Of a stretch of DNA of 64,000 bases, positions 9,476 to 19,409 are shown one piece after another. Positions within the stretch are counted from its first letter, which is position 1, and every line of letters begins with the position of its first letter. The notes below the pieces were generated by a model. That model was not told the DNA's origin, searched no databases, and was given only the letters and a program-made list of their open reading frames with translations. Origin of the DNA: a virus (taxonomy: Duplodnaviria; Caudoviricetes). The DNA lies in IMG/VR virus record IMGVR_UViG_3300045391_003317, positions 6,720-70,719 of that record; one strand, given 5' to 3'. The position numbers were made by a program, and so were the translations under genes.

Positions 9476-10887
9476 TGCAAAAGTTCGAGTACGTCGGCGG
9501 CGATGAAGCGGCCCGCGCGATCGCAGCGAACGTTTCACCGCGCTATGTTCGCCTCGAAGAGCTCGAGTCCTGGGTCACCGGCAGTCAGTACGACGGCCGT
9601 CCCGACTGGTGGACGGGCGGGCCCGAAGAGGTTCCGCGCTGGGAACGTAAGCCCTGCTTCGTGTATCCGGTCGCAGCGGTAGCGATATCGAGCAACGTTG
9701 ACCTGGTGCTCGGTGAGGGGCGATTCCCAACAATCACGAGTAAGCCAGGCGAAAAAGAGCAAGACTTAGAGCTCGGACTCGGCGAATCGGAAAGCGACGC
9801 GCTTGACCGGTTCATCCGTGAGCACCACAAGATCAGTCGATTCAAGGCGCATGTCCGCGAAGCGTTCGCTGCGGCTCAGGGTTGCGGCACTGTATGCGCA
9901 ATTCATGGGCACCGATTCGGTAAACCATTCGCGGACCTGATTCCCGCAAAGTGGGGAACGCCAAAGTTTCTCAACGATCGCAGCGTCGCTAGCCTCGAGA
10001 TCCGGTATCCGTACGTTGACGAACAGAAAATCAACGGCAAGTGGACCATCAAGGCGAAGCTGTACCGGCGGGTCATCAACGCGGAGAGCGACATCACATT
10101 TTTGCCGGCCGACGCGCGCGAAGATGGCGCAGAGCCGGAATGGATACCCGATCCGAATCAGACAATTGAACACGGTCTCGGGTTCTGTCCGGTAGTCTGG
10201 TACCCGTTTATGCGCGGTTGTTCCGTAGTGAACCGCATCGACGGGCACGCGATACACGAAAACCTGCGCGACGAGATTCAGGCGCTCGACATGGCGCTGA
10301 GCCAGAAGCAAAACTGCACGCTCCACAGCGAGCCGCAGCCGGTCGAGACAGGCGTTGCTCCGGGGTACAACCCGACAGGAGAGCTAGGACGAACCGCAGT
10401 CGTCGAATCGACAGAGAACGGCGGCCCGCTGGGTACCAACACTGGTGCGAAAACCGGGGCGTTCTTCGACGGACCGCTCAGCAAGCCGGCTCGCAAAAAG
10501 GGACCCGGCTACGTCTGGCAGTACTCAAGCGACAAGTCGAAGGTCGAATATCTCGTTTTTCCGTCAGGGTTGCTCAAGGAGCAAGAGGAACACTGCAACG
10601 ATCTACTCGGCAAGATCGAGCAAGGACTTGCGGTCGTTCTTCCGAAACCATCAGAGTTCAAGTTCGCTGGCGCCGTAAGCGGCCGATCGCTGCAGGAAAC
10701 TAAGTCACGGCAATACGACCGCTGCGACCAGTACCGAGACGATCTCGAAGAGGGGTTCATCCTGCCGAGCGTCAACATGCAGCTACGGATCGCGAGCCTT
10801 GCGCGAGAGCAGCTCAGAGTGGCCGGCATCAAAGAAGCGCTCCCGGTCCTCGATAGGTTCGCACAGGATGCCGTGGTTCCCTCCTAG
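9475..10887 (+). CDS. Portal protein, N-terminal 470 aa (frameshifted before the C-terminal segment)
   Basis: Follows TerL; HGLGFCPVVWY, SGRSL motifs; stops at TAG 10885. Confidence 0.85.
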   Translation: MQKFEYVGGDEAARAIAANVSPRYVRLEELESWVTGSQYDGRPDWWTGGPEEVPRWERKPCFVYPVAAVAISSNVDLVLGEGRFPTITSKPGEKEQDLELGLGESESDALDRFIREHHKISRFKAHVREAFAAAQGCGTVCAIHGHRFGKPFADLIPAKWGTPKFLNDRSVASLEIRYPYVDEQKINGKWTIKAKLYRRVINAESDITFLPADAREDGAEPEWIPDPNQTIEHGLGFCPVVWYPFMRGCSVVNRIDGHAIHENLRDEIQALDMALSQKQNCTLHSEPQPVETGVAPGYNPTGELGRTAVVESTENGGPLGTNTGAKTGAFFDGPLSKPARKKGPGYVWQYSSDKSKVEYLVFPSGLLKEQEEHCNDLLGKIEQGLAVVLPKPSEFKFAGAVSGRSLQETKSRQYDRCDQYRDDLEEGFILPSVNMQLRIASLAREQLRVAGIKEALPVLDRFAQDAVVPS

Positions 10888-11209
10888 TCTCACACTCAAG
10901 TGGAGGCCATATAGCCGCCCGGATCCTGCTGAGCAGCTGCAAACCGTGCAGACGGTACAAGCTGCGCTCGGTGGCACGGCCGGAACGCCTCTCATTACGA
11001 CGCAGCTCGCGGTAGAGAAGCTCCGTCAAAGCGGAGTTTTCGACATCGACAACGTCGGCGCCATCATCGAAGAGCTCCAGAAGCAGGCGGAAGAGAAGAA
11101 GGCCGAGGACGCCGCGCAGGCTGATCAGGCACATCAGCGAACGATCGAGCAGATTCAAACCAAGGCGACCGCTGCTCCTGCTTTCGGCAAACCACCGGTG
11201 AAAAAGTGA
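10868..11209 (+). CDS. Portal C-terminal segment in the +1 frame
   Basis: WFPPSLTLKWRPY..PDPAEQLQTV...LITTQLAVEKL reads like a portal C-terminus; ATG at 10868. Confidence 0.65.
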   Translation: MPWFPPSLTLKWRPYSRPDPAEQLQTVQTVQAALGGTAGTPLITTQLAVEKLRQSGVFDIDNVGAIIEELQKQAEEKKAEDAAQADQAHQRTIEQIQTKATAAPAFGKPPVKK

Positions 11210-11568
11210 GTACGTTCGAGTTTACGCCGTCTGGCATCCGTGAATACGGCCCCGAAGGCGCCGCTGTAACCACCGGCGTGGTCAGCGCGGCGCAGGCGGT
11301 TGCCGATCTGCGTGAACAGGTAGCAAGGCAAGAGGCGGCACGTCCTGTTGGGAAAGTGACTGTCAAGACAGCGCCACCGACAGCGATCTCGCCGCTCAAG
11401 CGTCGGTACTTCGTCAAAGAACTCCGTGCTCGGCTCCGCGTAGTCGAGCGTCAAATCAAGTCACTCCGCGGACTCGAAGAAGAGGCGCTGGAGATCCGAC
11501 GACTCATCGCTGCGGCAAAAGCGCCGCCAGCTAAGGTCACCGCAATCAATACCCGGAAATCGGGCTGA
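11206..11568 (+). CDS. Hypothetical protein with C-terminal coiled coil
   Basis: GTGA overlap, 120 aa. Confidence 0.65.
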   Translation: MSTFEFTPSGIREYGPEGAAVTTGVVSAAQAVADLREQVARQEAARPVGKVTVKTAPPTAISPLKRRYFVKELRARLRVVERQIKSLRGLEEEALEIRRLIAAAKAPPAKVTAINTRKSG

Positions 11569-11579
11569 ACGAGGAAACT

Positions 11580-11957
11580 ATGGCCACTGTTGTTGCTGCA
11601 CTTTTGGATGCCCACTGTGTTGAAGGCCCGCAAGGATCGATCGTTAACTCGAGCACCGGCGGCCGCTATGTGTATCGGCTTACCGTCAGCTGCGGCACGA
11701 TGACTGCCGGTGATTCTGCGTCCGTCGTAACTTGCGACGTGAAGTTGCAGAACATTACGAAGAAGGGCAAGACGGTTACGCTTCGCGCTGCTGGCGCAGG
11801 CGGCCCCGGCATTACGCCAGGCGGGACCGCTGCTTACGCACTCGATGCAACGATTTCCGGCACCACACTGACGTTTTCGGTGGGCGGGCCCACTGCGGCC
11901 GCTGCGGTCGCTGCCGCAGCTACCTGCAACGTCTACGTCACGGTCGACGAGTCGTGA
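11580..11957 (+). CDS. Beta-rich Thr/Ala/Gly-rich protein, possible capsid decoration protein
   Basis: GAGG RBS; composition; head-module position. Confidence 0.55.
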   Translation: MATVVAALLDAHCVEGPQGSIVNSSTGGRYVYRLTVSCGTMTAGDSASVVTCDVKLQNITKKGKTVTLRAAGAGGPGITPGGTAAYALDATISGTTLTFSVGGPTAAAAVAAAATCNVYVTVDES

Positions 11958-12280
11958 TCCATTCCGGGCCTGCGGCGCTCGAAATCAAGGACGGTTTTGT
12001 CACGATCGAGACCGCCGAGCGCATTCGTCAGAGCGAAACGAAGCAGCTGTTTTGCGTTAAGAACGGCGAGCTTTACGAACGAGCTCTACGCAATTTGAAT
12101 GCAATGAAGACCGCGCTGCAGGCGTGGGAGCAGGACAAGGCCCAGATCGCGCGGGCAGCCGACGGCGTGAAGCCCGGCGATATTCTCGATTGCCTTGAGC
12201 GCGACTCGAAAGAGCTATTGGCAGCACAAGCGACGCTTGCTCAAGCTGAGCAGCTCGTGAAAAAGCAAAAACGCTCGTAG
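11954..12280 (+). CDS. Hypothetical helical protein
   Basis: GTGA overlap start inside ORF 11732-12280. Confidence 0.55.
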   Translation: MIHSGPAALEIKDGFVTIETAERIRQSETKQLFCVKNGELYERALRNLNAMKTALQAWEQDKAQIARAADGVKPGDILDCLERDSKELLAAQATLAQAEQLVKKQKRS

Positions 12281-12291
12281 CGGACGCAGGG

Positions 12292-14328
12292 ATGGCGAAG
12301 AGGCAACGAATTGTTCTGACGATGATCGTCAAGAACGAGTCGCGCGTGATTCGCCGATGCCTCGAGTCCGTAAAGAAACACATCGACGCTTGGGTTATCA
12401 GCGACACCGGGAGCACCGACGGCACGCAGGATATTATCCGAGAGGCGCTTGCTGGTATTCCCGGAGAACTGCTAGAGCGCCCATGGGTTGATTTCGCGAC
12501 TAATCGCAACGAAGCCATTGAGGCGGCGCAGCAGTTCTCTCCTGATTATTGCCTGACGCTCGATGCCGACGAGGAGTTCACGACGAAGCCGGGCTTTTCA
12601 TTCGCCGGACTCGTCAGCGACGTCTATGACGCGGTATTTGAGATGTCCGCCGGCAAGTGGCCGCGCGCGATCCTGTTCAAGCCGCATCTTCGATACAAAT
12701 ACGTCCTCGACGAGACGCTTGTAGGCGGTGAAACGCGAGACTGTCTGCCCGCATGCCTGGTGATTTCGCGCACCGATGGTGCTCGTAATGCTCAGGGGTT
12801 AGTCGAAAAGTACAACCGCGACGTCGAGGTGCTACAGCGAGCACTCGAGAAAGAGCCCGAAGAGTCGCGCTATTGGTTCTACTTGGCCCAGCGTCTCATG
12901 GGAGCCGGGCGCTACAGCGAAGCGATCGTTGCATTCGAAAAGCGACTAACGTTCACGGAAAAAGGGTTCGGCGGTGAGCTCGCGTATAGTCAGATGCTCA
13001 TCGGGCAATGCCTCGAGGAGCTCGGCGCACCGTTCGAAGTCTACCGGAACGCATACCTGACTGCGTGGAACATGAACCCAAAGCGCGCGGAGCCGCTCTA
13101 TGCGATCGCGTGCGTTCATTCCAAGCGCGGGGAGCATCCTCTCGCGGAGCTTTACGCAAGAGCGGCGCAGCGCATTCCTAGGCCGATCGAAACGCTGCCT
13201 TGCGACGATAGCGTTTACGCCTTCCGCGCTGCAGACCTTTTGGCCGGAGCGCTCGCCGAGCAGGGAAAACTGTTCGAAGCGGTCGACATACTCGAGAAGC
13301 TTTTGAAGTTGCCGCAGCTGCCAGAAACAGAGCACGAGCGGTTCCGCGAGAACATCCGGTTGATTCGCGGCGCCCAGACCAAGGAAGAGGCCGCAGCGCC
13401 GACGCTCGGTCCTGATGAAGCTACCTACGAGAACCAGGCGAATATGATTCGTCGGGGCGGTATCGCTGCATTCCGTCGCATGGGACTCGAGTATCTGAAC
13501 AGCTTTCAAGCGCAGTCGCTGCCTTCTCCGGTCCGCTGGCTTTGGATTGTCCTCGTCGCGCTGTTCGGCAGGTGGCCGGCAATAATCGGCGCCATTGCGG
13601 CGGTACCGATCGCGATCTGGGCTTGCCTTCCGATCGCGCCGCAACATGTCGTCGGATACGCAGTTCTCGGCTCTGCCCCGCTGCTTTACCTCGCCGGTCG
13701 CCGTCGTCTGCAAGACGCGCCGATCGCTGCGCTCACTCTGTTGGCGATCGGATTCGCCTTGCGCGGGTCACCGCTTGGGCTCGGCCTGTCCATTTTCGCG
13801 CTGCTCGCCATCAAGGACACCGCCGTCATCACGATTCCGGCGCTTGCCGTCGCCTGGTGGCCCTCCGGGATGCCGTGGATTGGATTCGCTGTAGCCACGG
13901 CCGGGTATGCAGCGGCCGCGCTCGCTGTGCTCCTGGCGCTGTTCGGCTCGATGCTGCCGGCAATGCTCAAAGCTGGCACTCGCGGGCACTCGACGCCGTA
14001 CACGAAAGACCATCAGCGTGGCGCATGGCATCGCCTACTGGTTGATCTGGTGCTCGTATCCCCAGCAACTACGTTGGCGGCACTGTTTGGTCCGCCTCAG
14101 ATTCTCGCTATCGCAGCGGCTCTCGTTGCGGCCCACGCAATCGCTCCCGTTCGCAATGTTCGGCTCGTGCTCGCCGCCGATCTGATTCTGAGAATCGGCG
14201 CGGTCGCTGCATTCGGCTGGTGGATATTGCCGGCAGTAGCACTCGATCTCTACGCCTCTGGACGTCTTCGGACTGTCTACGATCCCGTGACGGCGGCACT
14301 CACGTCGCAACTCGGAATGTCTCGATAA
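12292..14328 (+). CDS. Glycosyltransferase fusion: GT2 + TPR + multi-TM GT-C-like domain
   Basis: MIVKNE..I.RCLES..D.W.I.DTGSTDGT and LDADE (GT2); TPR helices; PDEATY acidic loop, QDAP..KD and about 9 TM segments. Confidence 0.8.
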   Translation: MAKRQRIVLTMIVKNESRVIRRCLESVKKHIDAWVISDTGSTDGTQDIIREALAGIPGELLERPWVDFATNRNEAIEAAQQFSPDYCLTLDADEEFTTKPGFSFAGLVSDVYDAVFEMSAGKWPRAILFKPHLRYKYVLDETLVGGETRDCLPACLVISRTDGARNAQGLVEKYNRDVEVLQRALEKEPEESRYWFYLAQRLMGAGRYSEAIVAFEKRLTFTEKGFGGELAYSQMLIGQCLEELGAPFEVYRNAYLTAWNMNPKRAEPLYAIACVHSKRGEHPLAELYARAAQRIPRPIETLPCDDSVYAFRAADLLAGALAEQGKLFEAVDILEKLLKLPQLPETEHERFRENIRLIRGAQTKEEAAAPTLGPDEATYENQANMIRRGGIAAFRRMGLEYLNSFQAQSLPSPVRWLWIVLVALFGRWPAIIGAIAAVPIAIWACLPIAPQHVVGYAVLGSAPLLYLAGRRRLQDAPIAALTLLAIGFALRGSPLGLGLSIFALLAIKDTAVITIPALAVAWWPSGMPWIGFAVATAGYAAAALAVLLALFGSMLPAMLKAGTRGHSTPYTKDHQRGAWHRLLVDLVLVSPATTLAALFGPPQILAIAAALVAAHAIAPVRNVRLVLAADLILRIGAVAAFGWWILPAVALDLYASGRLRTVYDPVTAALTSQLGMSR

Positions 14329-14384
14329 CAGAAATCCTCTCACGTCGGACGCGACGGTAAAAACACGGTTGCAGAGGAGAACGC

Positions 14385-15059
14385 ATGCCTGACGAAGCCA
14401 CGCCAGCCGCTACAGCTGCGCCCGCAGTTGCGGCGCCCACGGTATCCCCCACACCCGCCGCATCGGCACCAACTCCAGCGGCGCCCGCGGCGCAACCGGA
14501 CACGCTGACGCTGACGACAACCCAACTAAATGAGCGGCTCGAGCGCGGGCGAGCAACGCTGCTGAAAGACCTCGGCGTCGCCGACATCGACAAGGCGAAG
14601 GCGGCAATCGCTGCGGCGGCAAAGGCCGAGCAAGACGCCAAGAGCATTGCCGATCGCCTCGCTGACGAAAGCAAGCAGCGCGCGAAGTTCGAGAGCCAAG
14701 CGGAACGGCAACAGAAGGTCATTCAAGAGTTTGCGGCTCGGCAAATGATCGGTCTGACCGCCGAACAGCAAGAGGCAGTTAAAGCCATTGCCGGTGACGA
14801 TCCCGCCGCGCAGTTGCACGCGATCACGGCGCTGACTCCGACGTGGGCGAAACCGACAGCGGCTACGACTGCGACGACAACTCCGCAGCCGACAACTCCT
14901 CCGAACGGAACCGCGCCTGCGCCATCCGCACCTGCACCAACGAACATTTCGCCGACTGACCATAAAGCGGTCCACGCGGCATTACTCAAAGCGAACCCTT
15001 TCGCAGCTGCTCAATACGCAATCGAGCATGTGCGAGAGGTGTTTCCCGACTCTCAATAA
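14385..15059 (+). CDS. Capsid scaffolding protein
   Basis: Pro/Ala/Thr-rich ends, coiled-coil core, directly upstream of the capsid gene. Confidence 0.75.
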   Translation: MPDEATPAATAAPAVAAPTVSPTPAASAPTPAAPAAQPDTLTLTTTQLNERLERGRATLLKDLGVADIDKAKAAIAAAAKAEQDAKSIADRLADESKQRAKFESQAERQQKVIQEFAARQMIGLTAEQQEAVKAIAGDDPAAQLHAITALTPTWAKPTAATTATTTPQPTTPPNGTAPAPSAPAPTNISPTDHKAVHAALLKANPFAAAQYAIEHVREVFPDSQ

Positions 15060-15115
15060 ATCACGCCCGCTCCGGTTGACGCCGAGTCGGGGACCAACAG
15101 CAAAAGGATAAAACC

Positions 15116-16195
15116 ATGGGCTCGTTGTCCAGTCTCTCCATGCCGGAGAATTTCTACAACATCACTTCTGCAATGCTGCTTGCGCAGCCTGAGCCGCAAT
15201 ACCTCTACGCGCAGCTTTTCAAATCTGCGCTTGGGGCGTCGCTAGAAGTTCCTGGATCAATGGGACTTCCCGGGCGTGACATCAGCGGAACCGGCGCTGC
15301 CTATTCCGCGGCGGAGCGAGACCGGCTCACGATCGCGAATGCGCTGTCGTCCGCGATTTTCGCAACGACTGTCGACTTCAGCGGCAAGCCAGGAAGCACG
15401 GTTCGGATCAATCGACCCGTGTTCACTGACTCGACGTATACGGCAGCGAGTCGTCTCATCGCAAGCGGAACCACGATCAGCACGACGCCGATCACGCCTT
15501 CCGCGCAGCAGACGAACTTGACGCTGTACAACTACGGCGGCCCATACAGCACCGCGGTGCAACCGTACGGGATCGAGGCCTTCGACGCGCAGTTCGGTGT
15601 GCACAAGGCAGCGAGCATCGTCGGCACGCACCTACGTAGAGACTTCGACAAGTTCCTGGACGCCGTTTGGGTCACACTGATGGATCTCGGCGCAACCGCT
15701 GTCTACCCGGAAGGGATGTCAGCGGTAAACGACGCCACTGCCGTCGGGATGTTCCCGTTCACCTATGAGCAGCTCGGTCGTACCCAGCGGCTCATGGACG
15801 TCGCGAACTTGCCGACACTGCCGGACGGATTTCGCGTTCTCGTGCTCACGCCGGTTCAGGTCGAACAACTCGGCCTCGATGGCAACTACACGAACGCGGC
15901 GAAGATGTATCCGCAATATAACGCGATCTTTCCGCAGTACGTCAGCAGCGTGAAGCGCTTCCACATCTTCCAGTCGACCACGCTGAACACAACGAACAAC
16001 AGCTCGAGCGTTGCGATTCAATACGGCCACGCGATCGCACCGGGCGCAGCCATGGGCGGCATGGGCCGCGCCCCGCGCGTTCGTCCGAACACGAACGACA
16101 ACTACGGCGAGACAGCGTTGGTCATCTGGCTTGCGGACCTCGCGTTCGCGCTCGCGAACAATGCATTCGTCTACAGCGTCCGATCGGGCGCGTAA
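15116..16195 (+). CDS. Major capsid protein
   Basis: 359 aa after scaffold, AAGGA RBS; G..V.INRP..D, C-terminal NYGE..LVIW. Confidence 0.8.
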   Translation: MGSLSSLSMPENFYNITSAMLLAQPEPQYLYAQLFKSALGASLEVPGSMGLPGRDISGTGAAYSAAERDRLTIANALSSAIFATTVDFSGKPGSTVRINRPVFTDSTYTAASRLIASGTTISTTPITPSAQQTNLTLYNYGGPYSTAVQPYGIEAFDAQFGVHKAASIVGTHLRRDFDKFLDAVWVTLMDLGATAVYPEGMSAVNDATAVGMFPFTYEQLGRTQRLMDVANLPTLPDGFRVLVLTPVQVEQLGLDGNYTNAAKMYPQYNAIFPQYVSSVKRFHIFQSTTLNTTNNSSSVAIQYGHAIAPGAAMGGMGRAPRVRPNTNDNYGETALVIWLADLAFALANNAFVYSVRSGA

Positions 16196-16201
16196 TCACT
16201 G

Positions 16202-16224
16202 GGCGCGCGGTGATCTCGCGCGCC
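16202..16224 (+). promoter_or_regulatory. 8-bp GC hairpin after the capsid gene (mRNA stabiliser/attenuator)
   Basis: GGCGCGCG-GTGATCT-CGCGCGCC; no U-tract. Confidence 0.35.
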
Positions 16225-16263
16225 AATGACCCGTTAACCTGATTCAGTTAAGGGATTTTACAC

Positions 16264-16674
16264 ATGACAGCTTCCATGCTCCGGTTCAACACGAACATTG
16301 TAACCGGCACACTCAACACCGTATCGAACGCATCGGTCACCGGGAACAGCGTATTTCTCGGCACGTCATTTCTGAAAGTCGAGAGCCTCTCGGCGTACCT
16401 CATTGTCACGGCGGCAACGACGTCTCTTGTCGTGAAGCCTTATTGGCAGGTGAGTAACGACGGGACCACGTTCAAGACGATGCAGAATGATGCGAACTGC
16501 GGGATCCAGCTCGCGATCGCAACTGCAGTCGAGAACGTGACTGAGGTCTTGCCGACTCCGCGCGGAATCGAGGGCTATCGGTATGCGCGGTGCATGCTCG
16601 CCGTCAGTGGCGCAACTGGCGCCGCTGCCGACTTGTATTCAATCGGCTACTCGTATCGCCAGAACTACGCCTGA
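16264..16674 (+). CDS. Beta-rich minor virion protein
   Basis: Position after the capsid gene; YWQVSNDGTTF. Confidence 0.6.
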   Translation: MTASMLRFNTNIVTGTLNTVSNASVTGNSVFLGTSFLKVESLSAYLIVTAATTSLVVKPYWQVSNDGTTFKTMQNDANCGIQLAIATAVENVTEVLPTPRGIEGYRYARCMLAVSGATGAAADLYSIGYSYRQNYA

Positions 16675-16686
16675 TTTGGAGCGTTC

Positions 16687-17352
16687 ATGGCGCTCCTGGA
16701 TTCGGAGATCGTCCGGATAAAGGCGGAGCTGGGCTACCCGCTGCTCTCACTGTCGACGCCGTACATAGGCATCACGTCGATATTCGAGCAGGTGATCCAG
16801 GTCTATATGACCGGGGGAGCCGCGACGACTAGTTCGACTGCAGTAACAGCCGCAACGACAGCAACGCCTGTAACGATAACGCTGGCCAGCGGTACCGGCT
16901 TCACCACCGGCGACCGCGTCGTCATTGACGTCGACGACAGGCAAGAGATCGTAACTGCGCAACGGGTGACTGGCGCGTCGCTCACTGTGCTTCTCACCAA
17001 GGAGCACTCAGGAACCTATCCTGTCACCGTAGAAGGCGGAGAATCGATAGTCCGCGAAATTCTCGGACGCATTCGCGCCGTAAAGAACTCGATTGCAGCG
17101 CTGTCGTCTTCGTCCGTGGTGTCAATCGGCGGAACGTCCTACAGCGTCGGCGGCCTAAAAAAGGTCGACGAAGTCGAGTTCTACGGCGCATCGTCAGGCT
17201 CCTCGTCCGAGTCGGCATCATCGAACGCTTCGCAACAGAGCTCCCTTGCGGAGGAGTTAGCTCACTGGAGAAACGAGCTCGCGGCCACGTTGGGCGTCCA
17301 AAACATGTGGTCCTACCGTAACCAAGGAGCACAGAGAGTTTCGGTCTACTGA
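16687..17352 (+). CDS. Putative head-tail adaptor
   Basis: Position; helical N/C termini around a beta insert. Confidence 0.5.
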   Translation: MALLDSEIVRIKAELGYPLLSLSTPYIGITSIFEQVIQVYMTGGAATTSSTAVTAATTATPVTITLASGTGFTTGDRVVIDVDDRQEIVTAQRVTGASLTVLLTKEHSGTYPVTVEGGESIVREILGRIRAVKNSIAALSSSSVVSIGGTSYSVGGLKKVDEVEFYGASSGSSSESASSNASQQSSLAEELAHWRNELAATLGVQNMWSYRNQGAQRVSVY

Positions 17353-17798
17353 TGGCGCTGGCAGACGATCTAAAGCCGCTGCTCACGAACATCAGGGCAA
17401 TCCCGGGCTCTCTCGGTCTCCGCCCCCACACAGTCGCGATCGTCGAAACCGACTGGTCAGGCGAGCACACTGGCGAGGGCGAGAAGGCGCAATTTCAGAC
17501 GAGCATCACCGAGGCAGACGGCCAGCCGCCAAAGGTGCGTTGGCTGAGTGACAAGGAGCTTGCAGTTGCGGGACTGCCGGACGGCTCCGTGCAAATCGGA
17601 CCGATCACGCCGTCCAACGGAACAATCGGAACGTTGCTCGCGACACTCAGCGGCACAGCAATGCTAGCCGGACAGACACGGCACGTGCTCATCACCGGTC
17701 CGAAGCATCCAAACGGCGCGCTCTACGTAATCCGCGAGATCTCCGCTGATCATGCGCTGCACTACACGATGCGCGTCACGCCAGTAAGCGCGGCCTGA
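17352..17798 (+). CDS. Putative head closure protein
   Basis: TGATG overlap; position. Confidence 0.5.
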   Translation: MALADDLKPLLTNIRAIPGSLGLRPHTVAIVETDWSGEHTGEGEKAQFQTSITEADGQPPKVRWLSDKELAVAGLPDGSVQIGPITPSNGTIGTLLATLSGTAMLAGQTRHVLITGPKHPNGALYVIREISADHALHYTMRVTPVSAA

Positions 17799-17828
17799 GA
17801 TGTCGTCGCTCTACGAAATCAGCCTGAG

Positions 17829-18566
17829 ATGCCGTCATCCGACTCGCTTTATCAGAGCATCGGCGATGTCGAGTTCCCGGCAGATCCGGAACAGTTCGAC
17901 GCAACGCTCGGCGCTTTCGACCCTGCGCGGCGTATTTTACGAGCTCTCTTTCAGTCCGCAATTATCTCCGAGCTCTCGCCGGTCTGGGAGCAAGTCACAA
18001 TTGGCACTCCGCTAAGCGACAAGAGTCCCGTCCAGGACTGGATGGAGCTTGAGCCGAACCCGCAAACGATGTTGCAGCGTGTGCCCGGTTGGCCGCTGCT
18101 AGTCGTGCACCGACAAGGCGAGGCAAAGTACGAAGAGCGCACGATCGCGCTTACTGAGCGCATCCAAGAATGGGGCATCCACTATATTCTTGGCCCGCTC
18201 GACGCGGCTTCGATCCACAGGCTCGGCAACGTCTTCCTCGCAGTGGGCACGCTTGTAGCCCTCGTTATTCGACAGCGCGGTCACAAATCATACGAGAACG
18301 GCGCTCTGCAATTCTTCCGCGGTAAAGGCGGATTTTCCTCGATTGAGCTGAAATCGCAGGTAAGCGGTCAAGCGCAGTTCGTCGCCGACGAAAACGCAAC
18401 GCTTTACTACGCGACGACATTGACGATCGAAACGCGCGAGCGCGCGGAAGACGATCTCGACGCATACGGACTGCTCGAAGGCGCAACGTTCATCGCCAAT
18501 GCAGGCGATTCGGATGGCGTCATTCCGGCGCTCGTGATTGGCGACACGTCGGCACCACTCGGCTGA
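17829..18566 (+). CDS. Putative tail terminator/completion protein
   Basis: WPLLVVHRQGE pattern; position before sheath. Confidence 0.5.
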   Translation: MPSSDSLYQSIGDVEFPADPEQFDATLGAFDPARRILRALFQSAIISELSPVWEQVTIGTPLSDKSPVQDWMELEPNPQTMLQRVPGWPLLVVHRQGEAKYEERTIALTERIQEWGIHYILGPLDAASIHRLGNVFLAVGTLVALVIRQRGHKSYENGALQFFRGKGGFSSIELKSQVSGQAQFVADENATLYYATTLTIETRERAEDDLDAYGLLEGATFIANAGDSDGVIPALVIGDTSAPLG

Positions 18567-18569
18567 TCA

Positions 18570-19043
18570 ATGTTCACTAATCTGCAGATGGTGCACCGCG
18601 GACACCAACGCGTCGTCCGCTACACCAACGAGATCGTGCGCGCCGAACTCTCGCGCGGCGAGCAGTTCGCACAAGATCACATCCGACAATTCCCGGAGCA
18701 CTTCAAGCACCGGCAAGGACGGCTCTGGCGAGGCACTAAGGGTCGCGTGTTCCCATACAGAGACGGGCGCCGCCTCATTCTCTCGAACGCCTACAAGCAC
18801 GCTGCCGCGCATGATCTCGGTTCAGGTCTCTACGGACCGAAGCACGCCAAGTACGCGATCCTGCCGCGGCGCACGAAGTTTTTGCGATTCGTCGCAAGAG
18901 ACGGACACGTCGTTTTTACTCGCAAGGTGATGCATCCCGGCGTGCGTCCGTCGCGTTTTCTCTACCGAGCCACGTACGCCTATTTCCGCGTGCTCGGACC
19001 GAATCTTCAGCAGCGAATGAGCCAGATCGCTCGCCGATTCTGA
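18570..19043 (+). CDS. Basic neck protein (HK97 gp10-like)
   Basis: I.P...K.LRF...G..VF.RKV.HPGVRP..FL motif. Confidence 0.65.
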   Translation: MFTNLQMVHRGHQRVVRYTNEIVRAELSRGEQFAQDHIRQFPEHFKHRQGRLWRGTKGRVFPYRDGRRLILSNAYKHAAAHDLGSGLYGPKHAKYAILPRRTKFLRFVARDGHVVFTRKVMHPGVRPSRFLYRATYAYFRVLGPNLQQRMSQIARRF

Positions 19044-19067
19044 TTCGCAAGCAAGGAGCTTCACGCA

Positions 19068-19406
19068 ATGCAGCTGCGTTTTTACGCGCGGGACGACCTA
19101 CTCGTCCATGAACGCAATCATGACGGCTCGGCCATGCCGCGCCCATCTAACGGTGCTCCCGCTCGTTATGTTGGACGCCAACACGATGCGACCACGCGCG
19201 GCTATCCGGCAACGCAAGAGCCGTACGTATGTCCGTCCGAGAACGCAGGCGAAGCGGCGTATCTCGCGGCGCGTTGCAGAGATAACGAGCTTTGGCCAGC
19301 AGACGAAGCCACCGCGGCGGCGATCGGCGTGAAGTTCGTCCACGTGCACTTTCATGACGGCGTGTGGGCGCCGAGGGCGTCACACAAGCACGCGAAGGAG
19401 TCCTAG
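19068..19406 (+). CDS. Small protein upstream of sheath (Mu gp38-like position)
   Basis: AAGGAG RBS; position. Confidence 0.55.
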   Translation: MQLRFYARDDLLVHERNHDGSAMPRPSNGAPARYVGRQHDATTRGYPATQEPYVCPSENAGEAAYLAARCRDNELWPADEATAAAIGVKFVHVHFHDGVWAPRASHKHAKES

Positions 19407-19409
19407 CCC

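Noticed and set aside
10885-10914. Amber readthrough or genetic-code reassignment rescuing the portal
   Set aside because: A second in-frame TAG follows at 10912, the continuation is in another frame, and other genes end normally at TAG
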